A stretch of DNA of 64,000 nt. It comes from Acidobacteriota bacterium. GTDB lineage: Bacteria; Acidobacteriota; UBA890; WLXD01. Below are positions 43,301-52,521 of the stretch, piece after piece; position 1 is the stretch's first letter; every line of letters starts with the position of its first letter. A program made the translations under genes and the position numbers. Under the pieces are notes generated by a model, which was given only the letters and a program-made list of their open reading frames with translations, had not been told where the DNA came from and made no database searches. Location of the stretch: the NCBI GenBank assembly GCA_965205505.1, contig CBDBHB010000007.1, positions 128,001 through 192,000 of the forward strand, written 5' to 3'.

Positions 43301-43859
43301 CGACGATGCGGACTTCGGCCGGGCGCTCAAGAACTTCCTGTTTGACGACTACATCCAGCGGCACCGACGAGCAGAGGAACTGCTCAAGCTCCGGGAGTCC
43401 AAGACGCTCGAGTTCAAGTCGAGCCTGCGCTGGAACCTGAGAAAAGACCGCAAGGACGACAAGCGCGTCACCCACGCGGCGCTCAAGAGTATCGCCGCGT
43501 TCCTCAACACCGAGGGCGGCGACCTGCTGATCGGCGTGGACGACGACCGCAAGGTTGTCGGCATCGAGCACGACCGCCTCGACAGCGACGATAAGTTCAT
43601 GCGGCACTTGGCCCAGGTCGTGCGCAATGGCCTCGGTGACCGCGCCGGAACCTGCATCGATCCCAAGGCGCAGATCGTCGAGGGCAAGACCGTCTGCCTC
43701 GTGAGCTGCCAGCGGAGCCTCGAGCCGGTGTATCTGCGATGGAAGGGTCTCGAGAAGGCCGTTGAAGGAGATCTCTACGTCCGCAGCGGCCCCGGTACGG
43801 TGCGACTCGCCCAGGAGGATGCCGACAAGTACGTCGCCACAAGATTCGGCACGACGTAA
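40323..43859 (+). CDS. hsdR: Type I RM restriction subunit fused to a C-terminal Schlafen/AlbA_2 domain
   Basis: DLALFLNGIPIFTAELKN nuclease motif, HSAGSGKS, DEAH, TATP and QTLSRLNR; the last ~160 aa contain ESKTLEFKSS…IAAFLNTEGGDLLIGVDD…YVRSG. Confidence 0.93.
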   Translation: MSPEVSEQAFEEAIEYALLRNGIGARPDDTTAVGESAPEYDDEPVPGGYRKRRPEDYDRGLCLIPSDVVDFLLATQPKEWDKLKQHHGAHVKVRFLSRLSREIGRRGALDVLRNGVKDSGCRFRLAYFRPASGLNEQLQRLHAANLFAVVRQLRFSEQSEESLDLALFLNGIPIFTAELKNPLNGQDVQDAIQQYRHNRDPREPLLSYGRCLAHFAVDPELVFVTTQLSGPGTRFLPFNQGRFGGAGNSPVPPTRPGFPTDYLWEQIWARDSVLDLLRQFIHEVQEEDDAGRKTGKRFLIFPRYQQLDCVRRLVRHAREHGTGERYLIQHSAGSGKSFTIAWLAHQLSVLHDREDRRVFDSVIVVTDRRVLDRQLQRTIRQFEQTLGVVENIDQTSRQLREALEAGRTIIVTTLQKFPVIAEQIGQLPGQRFGVIVDEAHSSQSGESTKSLKAVLRAGTLEQAEQEEVGAETPEEEIDNRVLDEIQSRGRQPNLSTFAFTATPKPKTLELFGHKRPDGKFEPFHLYSMRQAIQERFILDVLANYTTYKAYWRLLKKIEQDPRYDKSQAEYLLKSFVELHPHAIRDKIAICVEHFAAQVAREIRGRAKAMIVTRSRLHAVRAKLALDQYLDDKGHPYRALVAFSGTVKDKGASYTESGMNSAGQERVIGERQTADEFGKPQYRFLVVASKFQTGFDQPLLHTMYVDKKLGGVNAVQTLSRLNRTHPGKKGTMVLDFANEAEEIRKAFEPYYETTLLSEETDPNLLYEVQDRLLNYGVFAADDVEAFGRVYFDPKGTQDRLYAALEPARQRFGELGPEEGGDFRGDLSDYARLYAFLSQVLRFADLDLEKLYVFARHLRRLLPASREELPLEVQQNIDMESFRIQQTSQGSIALERQVWPLDPAGSKPHSGAGAQELEALSRIIEALNERFGTELGPEHRVALERIRLALEEDDGLEASARVNTRENVRLTFDPKVEDKFQEFVETNFELYKRITDDADFGRALKNFLFDDYIQRHRRAEELLKLRESKTLEFKSSLRWNLRKDRKDDKRVTHAALKSIAAFLNTEGGDLLIGVDDDRKVVGIEHDRLDSDDKFMRHLAQVVRNGLGDRAGTCIDPKAQIVEGKTVCLVSCQRSLEPVYLRWKGLEKAVEGDLYVRSGPGTVRLAQEDADKYVATRFGTT

Positions 43860-44978
43860 TCCCGACCGACTGACCTTACCTCTTCACATCCAGCCCGCGC
43901 CCCCCCTTCCGTCCCCGTCGCATGTGGCGCTCCGGTCGCCATTCCCTGACACCGCGTTACGGTCCTCTAACGTGACCCGCTCGCCGTCGGATCCCTGTAG
44001 GGGCCCCATACCCGGACGACGCGCCGACTGGGATGCTTCCTATGAGTTCGGACGCGCACCAATAACGTCACGCGTTTGATGGACCATCCGATTTTCGGGC
44101 CCGGCAGGCTACATTCCAGCGATCTTGCATGGCGCCACCCCACCACTTGGCTGCGGGCGTGCCGAGTGACATCATCGGGTGCCGGCTCAGTGGATTGCGC
44201 TGGCCGCTTCAGCTTGAAGACTCCGTTGGCCAGCCCAGCCGGAGTGCAGGCAGCAGCGTAGATGCTGCGTGAGCGAAGGAATGTGCGGTGCGCGAGAGTG
44301 ACGATCCAGGCGACGCCGTGGCAGACAGGAAACACACTGTCCTCACCCAACGTTGACCGACCCGCACGTCATGATCTACAAATCCGCAATCTACTGCTCC
44401 CAGTGCACCCCGATGTAAAGATGCGCCGCCTGCGCATCAACTGCCAGACTGCTATTGCCGTCCTAAACGTGGAACTCCTTTACAGACAATGTTCTGCGAG
44501 GTTCGGTTGAAGGGTCGTCTTCGTAACGGTGAATAGGGGCATGGTCAACCGCCAGTAAGTTATCGCGAGAGAAAGGCAAATGCTGGAGCTTGGGCCACCG
44601 AGGCGGTCCTCGCATGTAACGTGCTGAATCGGATAAGGGACCTGGGCAGGGTGGGCCGAGATCTTCGACGGGATCACGTAACACGGGCGCACTGGACCCG
44701 CTCCCGCTACCACGTGAAGGTGAAGAGTGCGCCTCGTAGAGGAAGTCGAATCGCATGTCGAGGCCACGCTACCGCCCTCCCTTCGTCAAGTGAATCATCG
44801 CCGTCGGACTCCTTACCAGACTTTCACCGCTGGCCTGAAGGACGCCAGGTTGGCCGCAAAGACCAGGAAGGAGGACCTCAATAAGAAGGCAGCCGGGACA
44901 GAGCTCCCGCGAGGGCCGAGTGTCAGGTAATCGTTGTTCCTGTACACGTTGCGAAAACATTACGACGGAGTATGAATC

Positions 44979-45789
44979 ATGTCACAGAATGTTTATGACC
45001 GGATCGGCGTATATTTTCGTAATGTTTCCAAAGTTCTGAGGGGTGAAGCAGACGCCGCAACAATATTCCCAAACGCCAGCGATATCGGCAGCGTCAGAGA
45101 AAAGACATACGCAACTTTCCTACGGCAACATGCTCCTTCGAAATGTAATGTATTCTTGGGTGGCTTTCTGTTCCACGAAGACGGCTCCGAATCGGCGCAA
45201 CTGGACGTCATTGTCACTACGGACACTTACGCCGCGCTTTGATTTACACAATGCGAATGGCTTCGGAAAATCGTTTTCTCCAATAGAGGGGACGCTGGCT
45301 GTGGCGTCGATTAAATCCACAGTCGGAAAACGAGAATTATACGATGCATTGTCCAATATTGCGTCTATCCCACCCATGCAACCTATAGGGAAACGAATTC
45401 CTCCCAGTTTTCCGAAATTCAGTTACGAAGACTGGCCGTTCAAGATTATCTTCGCAAACCGGGGAATTACTGCGCATAGTATCTATCGTCATGTTCGAAA
45501 ATATTATGATCAGCACTCTAATATTCCATTAGAGAGACGGCCACATATAATACATGTGGCAGGTGAATGTGCAATTCTTAGAATGATTGAAGGATATTCA
45601 CCTTTCAACGTCTTCACAAATAATAAGAAGGAGACAGAACTCGGAAGTTTTGAATTGTTTACCCATGATCCCGATTTATTGGCTATTACTTTTGTCTTGA
45701 ATGAAATAAAAAAAAGAGCATTGTTTTCAACACACATCTTATTTGATCATAGTTACATATTGAACAGCGTTCAAAAAATAACCACATGA
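44979..45789 (+). pseudogene. AT-rich DUF6602-like predicted PD-(D/E)xK nuclease, frameshift near 45227
   Basis: DIGSVRE...FL..H.P…S.QLDVIV…P.EG.LAV.SIKS pattern; ORFs 44979..45242 and 45043..45789 join by removing one base. Confidence 0.7.
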
Positions 45790-45824
45790 GATATTCGTTT
45801 AGTATTGCAATCGATAACTTAACC

Positions 45825-45950
45825 ACGTCATGCAGTACATGGCGGATGTCGTCGCGGTCTGTAACGCGGTAGAGGTGGAAATAGAGCGCGTCCAGCTTGG
45901 TGCGGAGGCGAAGGCAGCGATCCACGTCCCAGCGGAAGGGCGGCGGTACT
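45825..45950 (-). pseudogene. C-terminal fragment resembling large type IIG/Eco57I-like RM enzymes
   Basis: PPFRWDVDRCLRLRTKLDALYFHLYRVTDRDDIRHV. Confidence 0.6.
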
Positions 45951-46682
45951 TTGCCCGACTCGCAGTCACTGGGCGTGGCCATGGCTCGCCGCGATCCGCT
46001 GGCACTCCATCGAGTCGGCCGCAGCGGTACTGGGCAGGCCTTCCGATCGCTCCTGCGGTGACCGAAGGGCAATTCTGCGCCGGTGCAGCGTTACCTAGCG
46101 CTGGTTACGTCAGTGCCCGCGCGTCGGTTGAGCCTTGCGTACACTTTCACGAACAGCCTGACCGGAGCCAGCCGTATCGCCACTTCTTGGAGGCCGCAGG
46201 CGATGCGGTTTGTCACTACCATGCTGGGCGGCTTGATGGTGCTGGTGTCGCGCGACGTGAGGAAAGTACCGCGAGTTGCTGCTGTACGTCGGCTGGGCGT
46301 CTGGCGTGTTCGGTGTGGCGCTCTTCTTCATCAACCGCGCCGAGGGGCTGCCGCCGCAGTGGGCTTGTAGGAAGAGCCGTCAGTCACCGCAGTGGGGGTG
46401 GGGATCGCTCGGTTGCCGCGCGCCGTCAGGCCCTAGGCCTACTCGTGCCGCAGCGCCTCGGCCGGTCTAGCGTCGTAGCCCGCCACGACGGAAGATAGCC
46501 GGCGGCGATCCCGTGAGGCACGCCAACGCTAGTCCGAAAGCGACCGCTCGCACGGTCCAGACCGCCGGCGTGCGTAGGGCATGTGGCATAGTCGCTGTCC
46601 GGTGAGCGCGGCGAAGGCATTGGCGATCCACGCTGACGCGCTCTTACAGTTGCGTTGCTGGCACCGTAGATGACGGCGCTTT

Positions 46683-46927
46683 CGATCTGGCCGCCGATCA
46701 GGGTCAGGCCGGCGCGCAGAACAACCTCGGGCGCATGAACGACAACGGCGAGGGCGTCCTCAAGGATTCCGTGCTTGCGCACATGTGGTTCAACATCGCC
46801 GGTGCCAACGGAAACGAAGAAGGCAGGAGGCGGAGGGACAACCTTGAACCAGACATGACCGGCGCCCAGATCAGCCGTGCAACCGAACTGGCGCGCGCGT
46901 GCATGGACTCGGGCTACCAGGTCTGCG
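46683..46927 (+). pseudogene. C-terminal fragment of a second Sel1-repeat gene
   Basis: Highly similar to ~35830-36073 (GEGVLKDSVLAHMWFNIAGANGNE…MTGAQISRATELARACM). Confidence 0.9.
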
Positions 46928-47049
46928 GTCAAGAAGGGGTGCCCCCGCACCGGACAAACTCAACACTCCTCAGCGCGCGCGAGATCCCCAAACTCGCCAG
47001 ACTCGCGCGCCTCAAGCTCGTGCCCCGTGGCGGCGCACCCCTGGCTGGG

Positions 47050-47348
47050 ACCCTACCTGGTGTACGACGGCGCCTGCGGCACGGGGGGCATGTTGACAGT
47101 GGCCGAGGAGACGTTGACGCAGATCGCCCAGCAGCGCGGCAAGCAGGTCGCCACCCATCTCTACGGTCAGGAGATCAATTCCGAGACCTACGCCATCGCC
47201 AAGGCGGATCTTCTGCTCAAGGGCGAGGGAGAAGCGGCCGACAACATCGTCGGGGGGCCGGAACACTCGACGCTCTCCAACGACGCCTTTCCGTCCCGCG
47301 AGTTCGACTTCATGCTCTCCAACCCGCCCTACGGCAAGAGCTACAAGA
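47050..47348 (+). pseudogene. hsdM: Internal fragment of a second, different HsdM
   Basis: VYDGACGTGGML, LYGQEIN.ETYAI.KAD, STLSND and MLSNPPYGKS motifs. Confidence 0.88.
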
Positions 47349-47555
47349 GTGAAACGTCCAGTGGTCGATGGACTTCATGCTCGACATGCTGTCAGTGGTC
47401 GAGTCTTCCGCACCTTGAACGTTGTTGACGACGCGACGCGGGAATGCTTGGCTATTGAGGTGGATACGTCGCTGTCGGGTCAACGGAGCGCTCGAGTTCT
47501 CGATCGCATTGCCGAGCAGCGGGGGAGCTATCCGAGCCGGCTGGTTCTAGGCTAG
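47349..47555 (+). mobile_element. IS3 transposase fragment
   Basis: FRTLNVVDDATRECLAIEVDTSLSGQR..RVLD. Confidence 0.8.
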
Positions 47556-47617
47556 CCACGGTCGTCGATTGTGTGAGTGTCAAGGCTGCTCGTACACGAT
47601 GCTGATCTATCCGCAGG

Positions 47618-48160
47618 ATGATCGCGGGGAAAGAGATGCGAGTCGTTCTGGAGACCTTTGTACAGCTCGCGCACGAGGCGAGCCCGGAGTGGCAGGAGGT
47701 GCAGGCGCTCGCAGGCAACCTGGCTGAAGCGCTAAATGCACCGTCGACGTTGGGTCTGATACACGACGCCAATCGACCTGGAACGTCCAGCGCGCTGGTC
47801 CAAGCCGCGGTTCGTCCCTCAGCCGACGCACTTGGGTTTGAGAGTGAACGACAGGGTCTTTTCGCCGAGTCCATCGTCGGGCTCAGACCAGACTACTACC
47901 GGCGTGTAGGCGATAGCGGTGTCCTAATGGAAGTCGAGCGCGGCAAGACGACCAACAACAACATGGACCTGCTGGACTTCTGGAAGTGCCACCTCTGCGG
48001 CGAGGCTGCGTATCTCTTCCTGCTTGTTCCACAACAACTGCAGCACAATCCCGACATGGTTCCCAAACGGGAATTCGAGAAGGTCCGCAGACGGCTAGAG
48101 ACGTTCTTCAAGCCCGGGAACTACACCAACATCCGAGGACTGGCGCTGTTCGGCTACTGA
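47618..48160 (+). CDS. Small orphan restriction-endonuclease-like protein (PD…ExE motif)
   Basis: LGFESE…LRPDYY…GVLMEVERGKT; uninterrupted 180-aa ORF. Confidence 0.6.
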   Translation: MIAGKEMRVVLETFVQLAHEASPEWQEVQALAGNLAEALNAPSTLGLIHDANRPGTSSALVQAAVRPSADALGFESERQGLFAESIVGLRPDYYRRVGDSGVLMEVERGKTTNNNMDLLDFWKCHLCGEAAYLFLLVPQQLQHNPDMVPKREFEKVRRRLETFFKPGNYTNIRGLALFGY

Positions 48161-48444
48161 GTACAACAGCCGGTGGAAACCGGTTCTCTTCACCCCCCCT
48201 AGGCATCGCCCTACTCATCTCCCTCAGGGGAGCACCCCTCCATTAGGAAGCGCGGGTCGATTGGCACTAGCCGCGGGATAGAGACGCTCTCGACCTTATT
48301 CTTGCTCCGCAGCGTGAACGTGCCGGGATCCGACCACGCGAGCACACGCTCGGGTGACTTGCCGCTGACGGCTGCGATCAGCGGTGCCTGTCCGTCAGCC
48401 ATCGAGCGCTCCAAGCGTGCCGTGTACTCGGGGTCTCCGAGAGC

Positions 48445-49100
48445 TCGCGTTACTCGACCACGGTTCGGGTACCGACGACTCTGGGTAGTGTTGAGGCGAC
48501 GAGGCTGGCAGGTGAACCACAAGCGCATCTGCCGCCTTACCGGCAGGAGAGGCTATCGATCCGGGTGAAGCGCCGTCGCAAGCGGGCGAGCCAGGCAAGG
48601 GTGTCACTGCCGGCCAAGAGCGCACCGAACGAGCGTTGGAGCATGGACTTCATCACCGACCGACTGGACAATGGTCGCTACTTTCGAGTGCTGACAATCG
48701 TGGATCACTTCACTCGAGAGTCCCCGGTGCTGGAGCCTGGGTGTATCGATGACCGGACAACGATGGCACAGGTGCTGGAGCGTCTCTGGATGCGGCGGCC
48801 CTTACCGAAGATCATCACCGTGACAACGGCTCGGAGTTCTACTCCCAGGCGATGGACTCATGGGCGTACCGGCACGGCGTGCAGCTGGAGTTCATCAGGC
48901 CGGGCAAGCCCGTGGACAACGACTTCATCGAGAGATTCAACGGTCGGCTCAGGGATGAATGCCTTATAACGCGCATCTGTTCCTGTCGATCCAAGATGCG
49001 CGTCGCAAGCTAGAGGCTTGGAGGATCGACTACACCACCAACGACCCCACAGCTCCCTGGCTGACCGAACTCCTACGGAGTTCGCCAGGGGCTGGCAGCG
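48445..49100 (+). mobile_element. Degenerate IS3 OrfB remnant
   Basis: RPRFGYRRL, VNHKRI, WSMDFITD, PGKP..N.FIE.FNGRLRDECL and RPHSSL, spread over several frames. Confidence 0.88.
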
Positions 49101-49109
49101 GAGGGCTGC

Positions 49110-50380
49110 GAGGTATTACCAGAAGTTGTGGATCTGGAGGAGCATGAGAAGGCGGCGTAGCCTTCCGGGTGAACCAAGACCCAAGGACCCTGGTGACAGC
49201 CAGGGGAAAGGAGACGCCGCCCGTGCTGAAGATACTCCACAACGAGATCGATGAGGAGGACAGCGGCCTGCCGACGCTGGACGAACTGGCCCGTGAAGGA
49301 GCTCGGAGGATGCTACTGGGCGCATTGGATGCGGAGGTGGCCGCGTACCTGGCGCGACACGAGCCGGATCCTGCCGCCGTACATGAGGCGTTCGCCGAAG
49401 GTGGCCGAGGTGTTGCCGATCCTGTACTGCGAGGGCTCTCGACCGGAGACTTCCAGCCGGCGCTCAGCTCACTGCTGGGTCGAAGATGCGGCGGGCTTGT
49501 CGGCGACCAACATCGCACGACTGACGGCGGTCTGGGAGCAGGAATACCGATCGTTCCGGAACCAGAGCCTGGCGGAGCGGGACTACGTGTACATCTGGGC
49601 CGACGGGATCCACTTCCGAGTGCGCCTGGAGCAGGATCGGCTGTGCACGCTGGTGATCATTGGAGCCCGTCCTGACGGCATAAAGGAGTTGCTGGCGATC
49701 GAGGACGGGTACCGGGAGAGCGCCGAGTGCTGGCTGTCGGTGCTGCGGTGCCTCAAGAGCCGGGGAGCAAGCGCCGGTGCTGGCGATCGGCGACGTGGCC
49801 CCTGGGGTTCTGGAACGCGGTCAGCGAGGTGTGGCCCGAGACGCTCGAGCAGCGCGACTGGTGCCACAAGCTTGCCAACGTGCTGGACAAGCTCCCGAAG
49901 CGCCTACAGGGCAAGGCCAAGGCCATGCTGCACGAGGTGATGTATGCGGACACGCGCGAAGTTGCCGAGGAAGGGATCGACGCGTTCGCGGCGGAGTACT
50001 CCCCCAGTATGACAAAGCGGTCGAATGCCTGCTCAAGGACCGGGAGACGCTGCTGACGTTCTTCGACTTCCCGGCCGAGCACTGGGTGCACCTGCGAACG
50101 ACCAACGTCATCGAGTCGCCGTTCGCCACCGTGCGGCTCCGACAGCGGGTGACCAAGGGCGCCGGCAACCGGATCAAGGCCCTGACCATGGCGTTCAAGC
50201 TGCTGCAGATGGCCGAGCAACGATGACGCCGCCTGAACGGATCCCACCTGCTGCCGCTCGTGAGAGCCGGCGTCAGATTTGTCGTTGGGGTGCCGCTGGA
50301 ACGCAAGCAAACTGAGGAGACCAGGAAGGACGCCGCCTGATCATGCTGCCTTCCTCATCCACAACTCTTGCCAACATCTC
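49110..50380 (+). mobile_element. IS256-family element with frameshifted transposase
   Basis: Imperfect IRs GAGGTATTACCAGAAGTTGTGGAT / ATCCACAACTCTTGCCAACATCTC; YVYIWADGIH, DGYRES, QRDWCHK and LRTTNVIESPF motifs. Confidence 0.9.
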
Positions 50381-50534
50381 CCAAATTCGCCTTCCTCTCG
50401 TCTGTAGTACCGAAAACTAGTTCACAAAGAAAAGCCCAAATCGCGGCATGTACGTGGCATTTCGGGCCGAAAGACGACGAAAGGGACCCGGCCGCGCTGG
50501 CTGAATCCCCTTTGTTCATAGTCCTTTATGCGAG

Positions 50535-50586
50535 TAGCGGGGGTAGGATTTGAACCTGCGACCTTCGGGTTATGAGCCCGACGAGC
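50535..50586 (-). pseudogene. 3' fragment of initiator tRNA-Met (CAT), att-like
   Basis: GCTCGTCGGGCTCATAACCCGAAGGTCGCAGGTTCAAATCCTACCCCCGCTA; 5' acceptor strand missing, one T-stem mismatch. Confidence 0.88.
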
Positions 50587-51365
50587 CATTGACCTGCTGT
50601 GGGCCGGGTGCGAACAACTCCGCATGCTCACGGAGAAAGAGCGCGATCGCCAGCAGTTCGGAACACAGGTCACAGGACAGCGTGTGGGAAGTCGACAACA
50701 ATGGAGGCTCGTCGGCGGCCTCAAGCGCTTCCAGTATGGTCCTGAGTTCCTGGCATCCGTGTGGCTGCACCGGTCACCGCCTTTGCTTCATACCTACGAA
50801 CATCATCCCAATACCTTAGTAGATGGCCACACCCTCGTAAATTCCGGAGTTCCACCCTTTCTCCTGTTGGTCCACCACGTAAGCTAATGGGAGAAGTCAA
50901 TGAGTTTCTTGGAGATGCTGAGTCGCTTATTCGGGTACCTTACGGACCGAGCATACGAACTCTGGCGACTGCTCCTGGCTGGGTAGGCATCTCCGCTAAG
51001 GTTGCCCTCAGGGTGCTCTCCACTCCGCACGGGTTCGGAAGAGAGCCAGTCTCGGTGCTGCGCTAGCGCTCGATCCAGCAGTGGAACACCAGCTCCATCT
51101 CGCGAATCTGGAACCGGTTGCGCTGGTAGAAGTTCAGCGCTCTCGGGTTGCGCCGCTCGCGACCGAGGCGAATCCCAGGAGGCGCGACGACGGCGATGCA
51201 ACGGGCATCGTCGAGGAGCGCCGACGCCGAAGGCGACCGGTCCCGCCGCCACCCGTAAGGGCTGGGACGATATGGGGGAGCCTCGGCGTTGCGATTCGTC
51301 GACGATGGACACCGCATCGGCTGATGTAATATTTGGGCATTCGGCCGGTCTGCTCGGAGGTATGC

Positions 51366-52130
51366 GTGCGCAACGCAGCAAAGCTGCTGTCGGTGGGTCT
51401 GGTCTCGGTTCCGATCCTCCTGTCGGCGGGTCTCGCCGGCGCCCAAGACCACCGCGACTTGCCCCTCGGAGAGATGACGGCAGCGCAGCTTGTCACCGGC
51501 GACGGCGCTACCTTCCGTTTCATAGCGGAGACCAGCGGCCTGCTCACCGTCATGATCCATGGCGACGATATTGATCTCTTTATCGAGGTGACCGATGCCA
51601 TAGGCGTGCTAGTGGAGGAGGGTCGCGTCGACTTGGATCTGTTCGGCAACGCCGGGGCGGAACACTTCTCGCGAGCCTTGCGGCGGCCGGGAGAATATCG
51701 CGTTCGCGTAGGCAGCTTCATGGAGGAGCTTGGCGAGTTCAGCATCGGCGCGACCTGGCTGCCGGTGGTCGCTATCGAGGTGCCGCCGGACCCGGATGGC
51801 TCGCCTGACACGGCGACCATGCTCGTCCCGGGTACACCCCTGGAGGATACGCTCGACGACGCCGTGGGAGACGCTGTTGATTGGTACATCGTCGAGGCGA
51901 CCGCTGATATCGTCGTCACCGTGATTACCGAGGGAGAGGACGACGTTTTCCTCGAGGCGTACGTCGACGGCGATTTCAGCAGCTACACCGACCGCTCGGA
52001 TCAGGACCTTCAGGGCAGCGGTGGCAACGAGTCCGTAACCGTCCGCCTGAGAACCGACGAGAAGGCGTACTTCAAAGTCATGCCGTTCTCGGGATCGGTC
52101 CGTTACAGCATCCGCGCCGGGGTGATGTAG
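51366..52130 (+). CDS. Secreted protein with two PPC-like (pre-peptidase C-terminal type) beta domains
   Basis: Signal peptide (AGA|Q); DIDLFI…PGEYRVRV and DAVDWY…DVFLE repeats; GGAGG RBS. Confidence 0.65.
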   Translation: MRNAAKLLSVGLVSVPILLSAGLAGAQDHRDLPLGEMTAAQLVTGDGATFRFIAETSGLLTVMIHGDDIDLFIEVTDAIGVLVEEGRVDLDLFGNAGAEHFSRALRRPGEYRVRVGSFMEELGEFSIGATWLPVVAIEVPPDPDGSPDTATMLVPGTPLEDTLDDAVGDAVDWYIVEATADIVVTVITEGEDDVFLEAYVDGDFSSYTDRSDQDLQGSGGNESVTVRLRTDEKAYFKVMPFSGSVRYSIRAGVM

Positions 52131-52158
52131 TCGCAGCGGGGCACGTCACCGCGACCTG

Positions 52159-52437
52159 CTAGTCGTCGGCACGTAGCGCGAGCACCGCCGCTGCCTCGTC
52201 GTCGTCGAGCACCGGCGTGACCGCAAGGTCACACACGTCGCTCCACTCGGCCGCGAACTGATAAATCGCCGTCGGGTCGTCGGTCTCGAGCAGAATGAAG
52301 CCGTGTCGACCGGCGGCTGCGTGCCAGCGATCAACCATCGTCACCCCATCAGGAGCCACACCACCGTTGTCGAGAAAGCGCTCGACAGCGGTCTCCCAGG
52401 CATCCGAGGGAATTTGGTAGGTCATCATGAAGCGCAT
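52159..52437 (-). CDS. DUF3303-family small protein
   Basis: ERFL..GG.APDGV.MVDRWH…ETDD....F..EWSD…TPVLDD. Confidence 0.8.
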   Translation of the reverse strand: MRFMMTYQIPSDAWETAVERFLDNGGVAPDGVTMVDRWHAAAGRHGFILLETDDPTAIYQFAAEWSDVCDLAVTPVLDDDEAAAVLALRADD

Positions 52438-52521
52438 GGCACGCCTCCCTGGCTGCCGTCGATCGCGGACGATTGGTAGCCGAGACTCTAGCGCCGGAGG
52501 GTTAGCGGCGCAACGACGCCG

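Larger units (their letters stand above)
32227..50586. mobile_element. Decaying genomic/defence island between two tRNA fragments
   Basis: Contains type I RM genes, orphan nucleases, Sel1 genes, an AT-rich gene, IS3/IS256 remnants and long degenerate stretches. Confidence 0.7.

Noticed and set aside
35830-46927. Sel1 C-terminal copy as template repeat of a diversity-generating retroelement
   Set aside because: Mismatches are mostly third-position and not adenine-specific, and there is no reverse transcriptase in the window.
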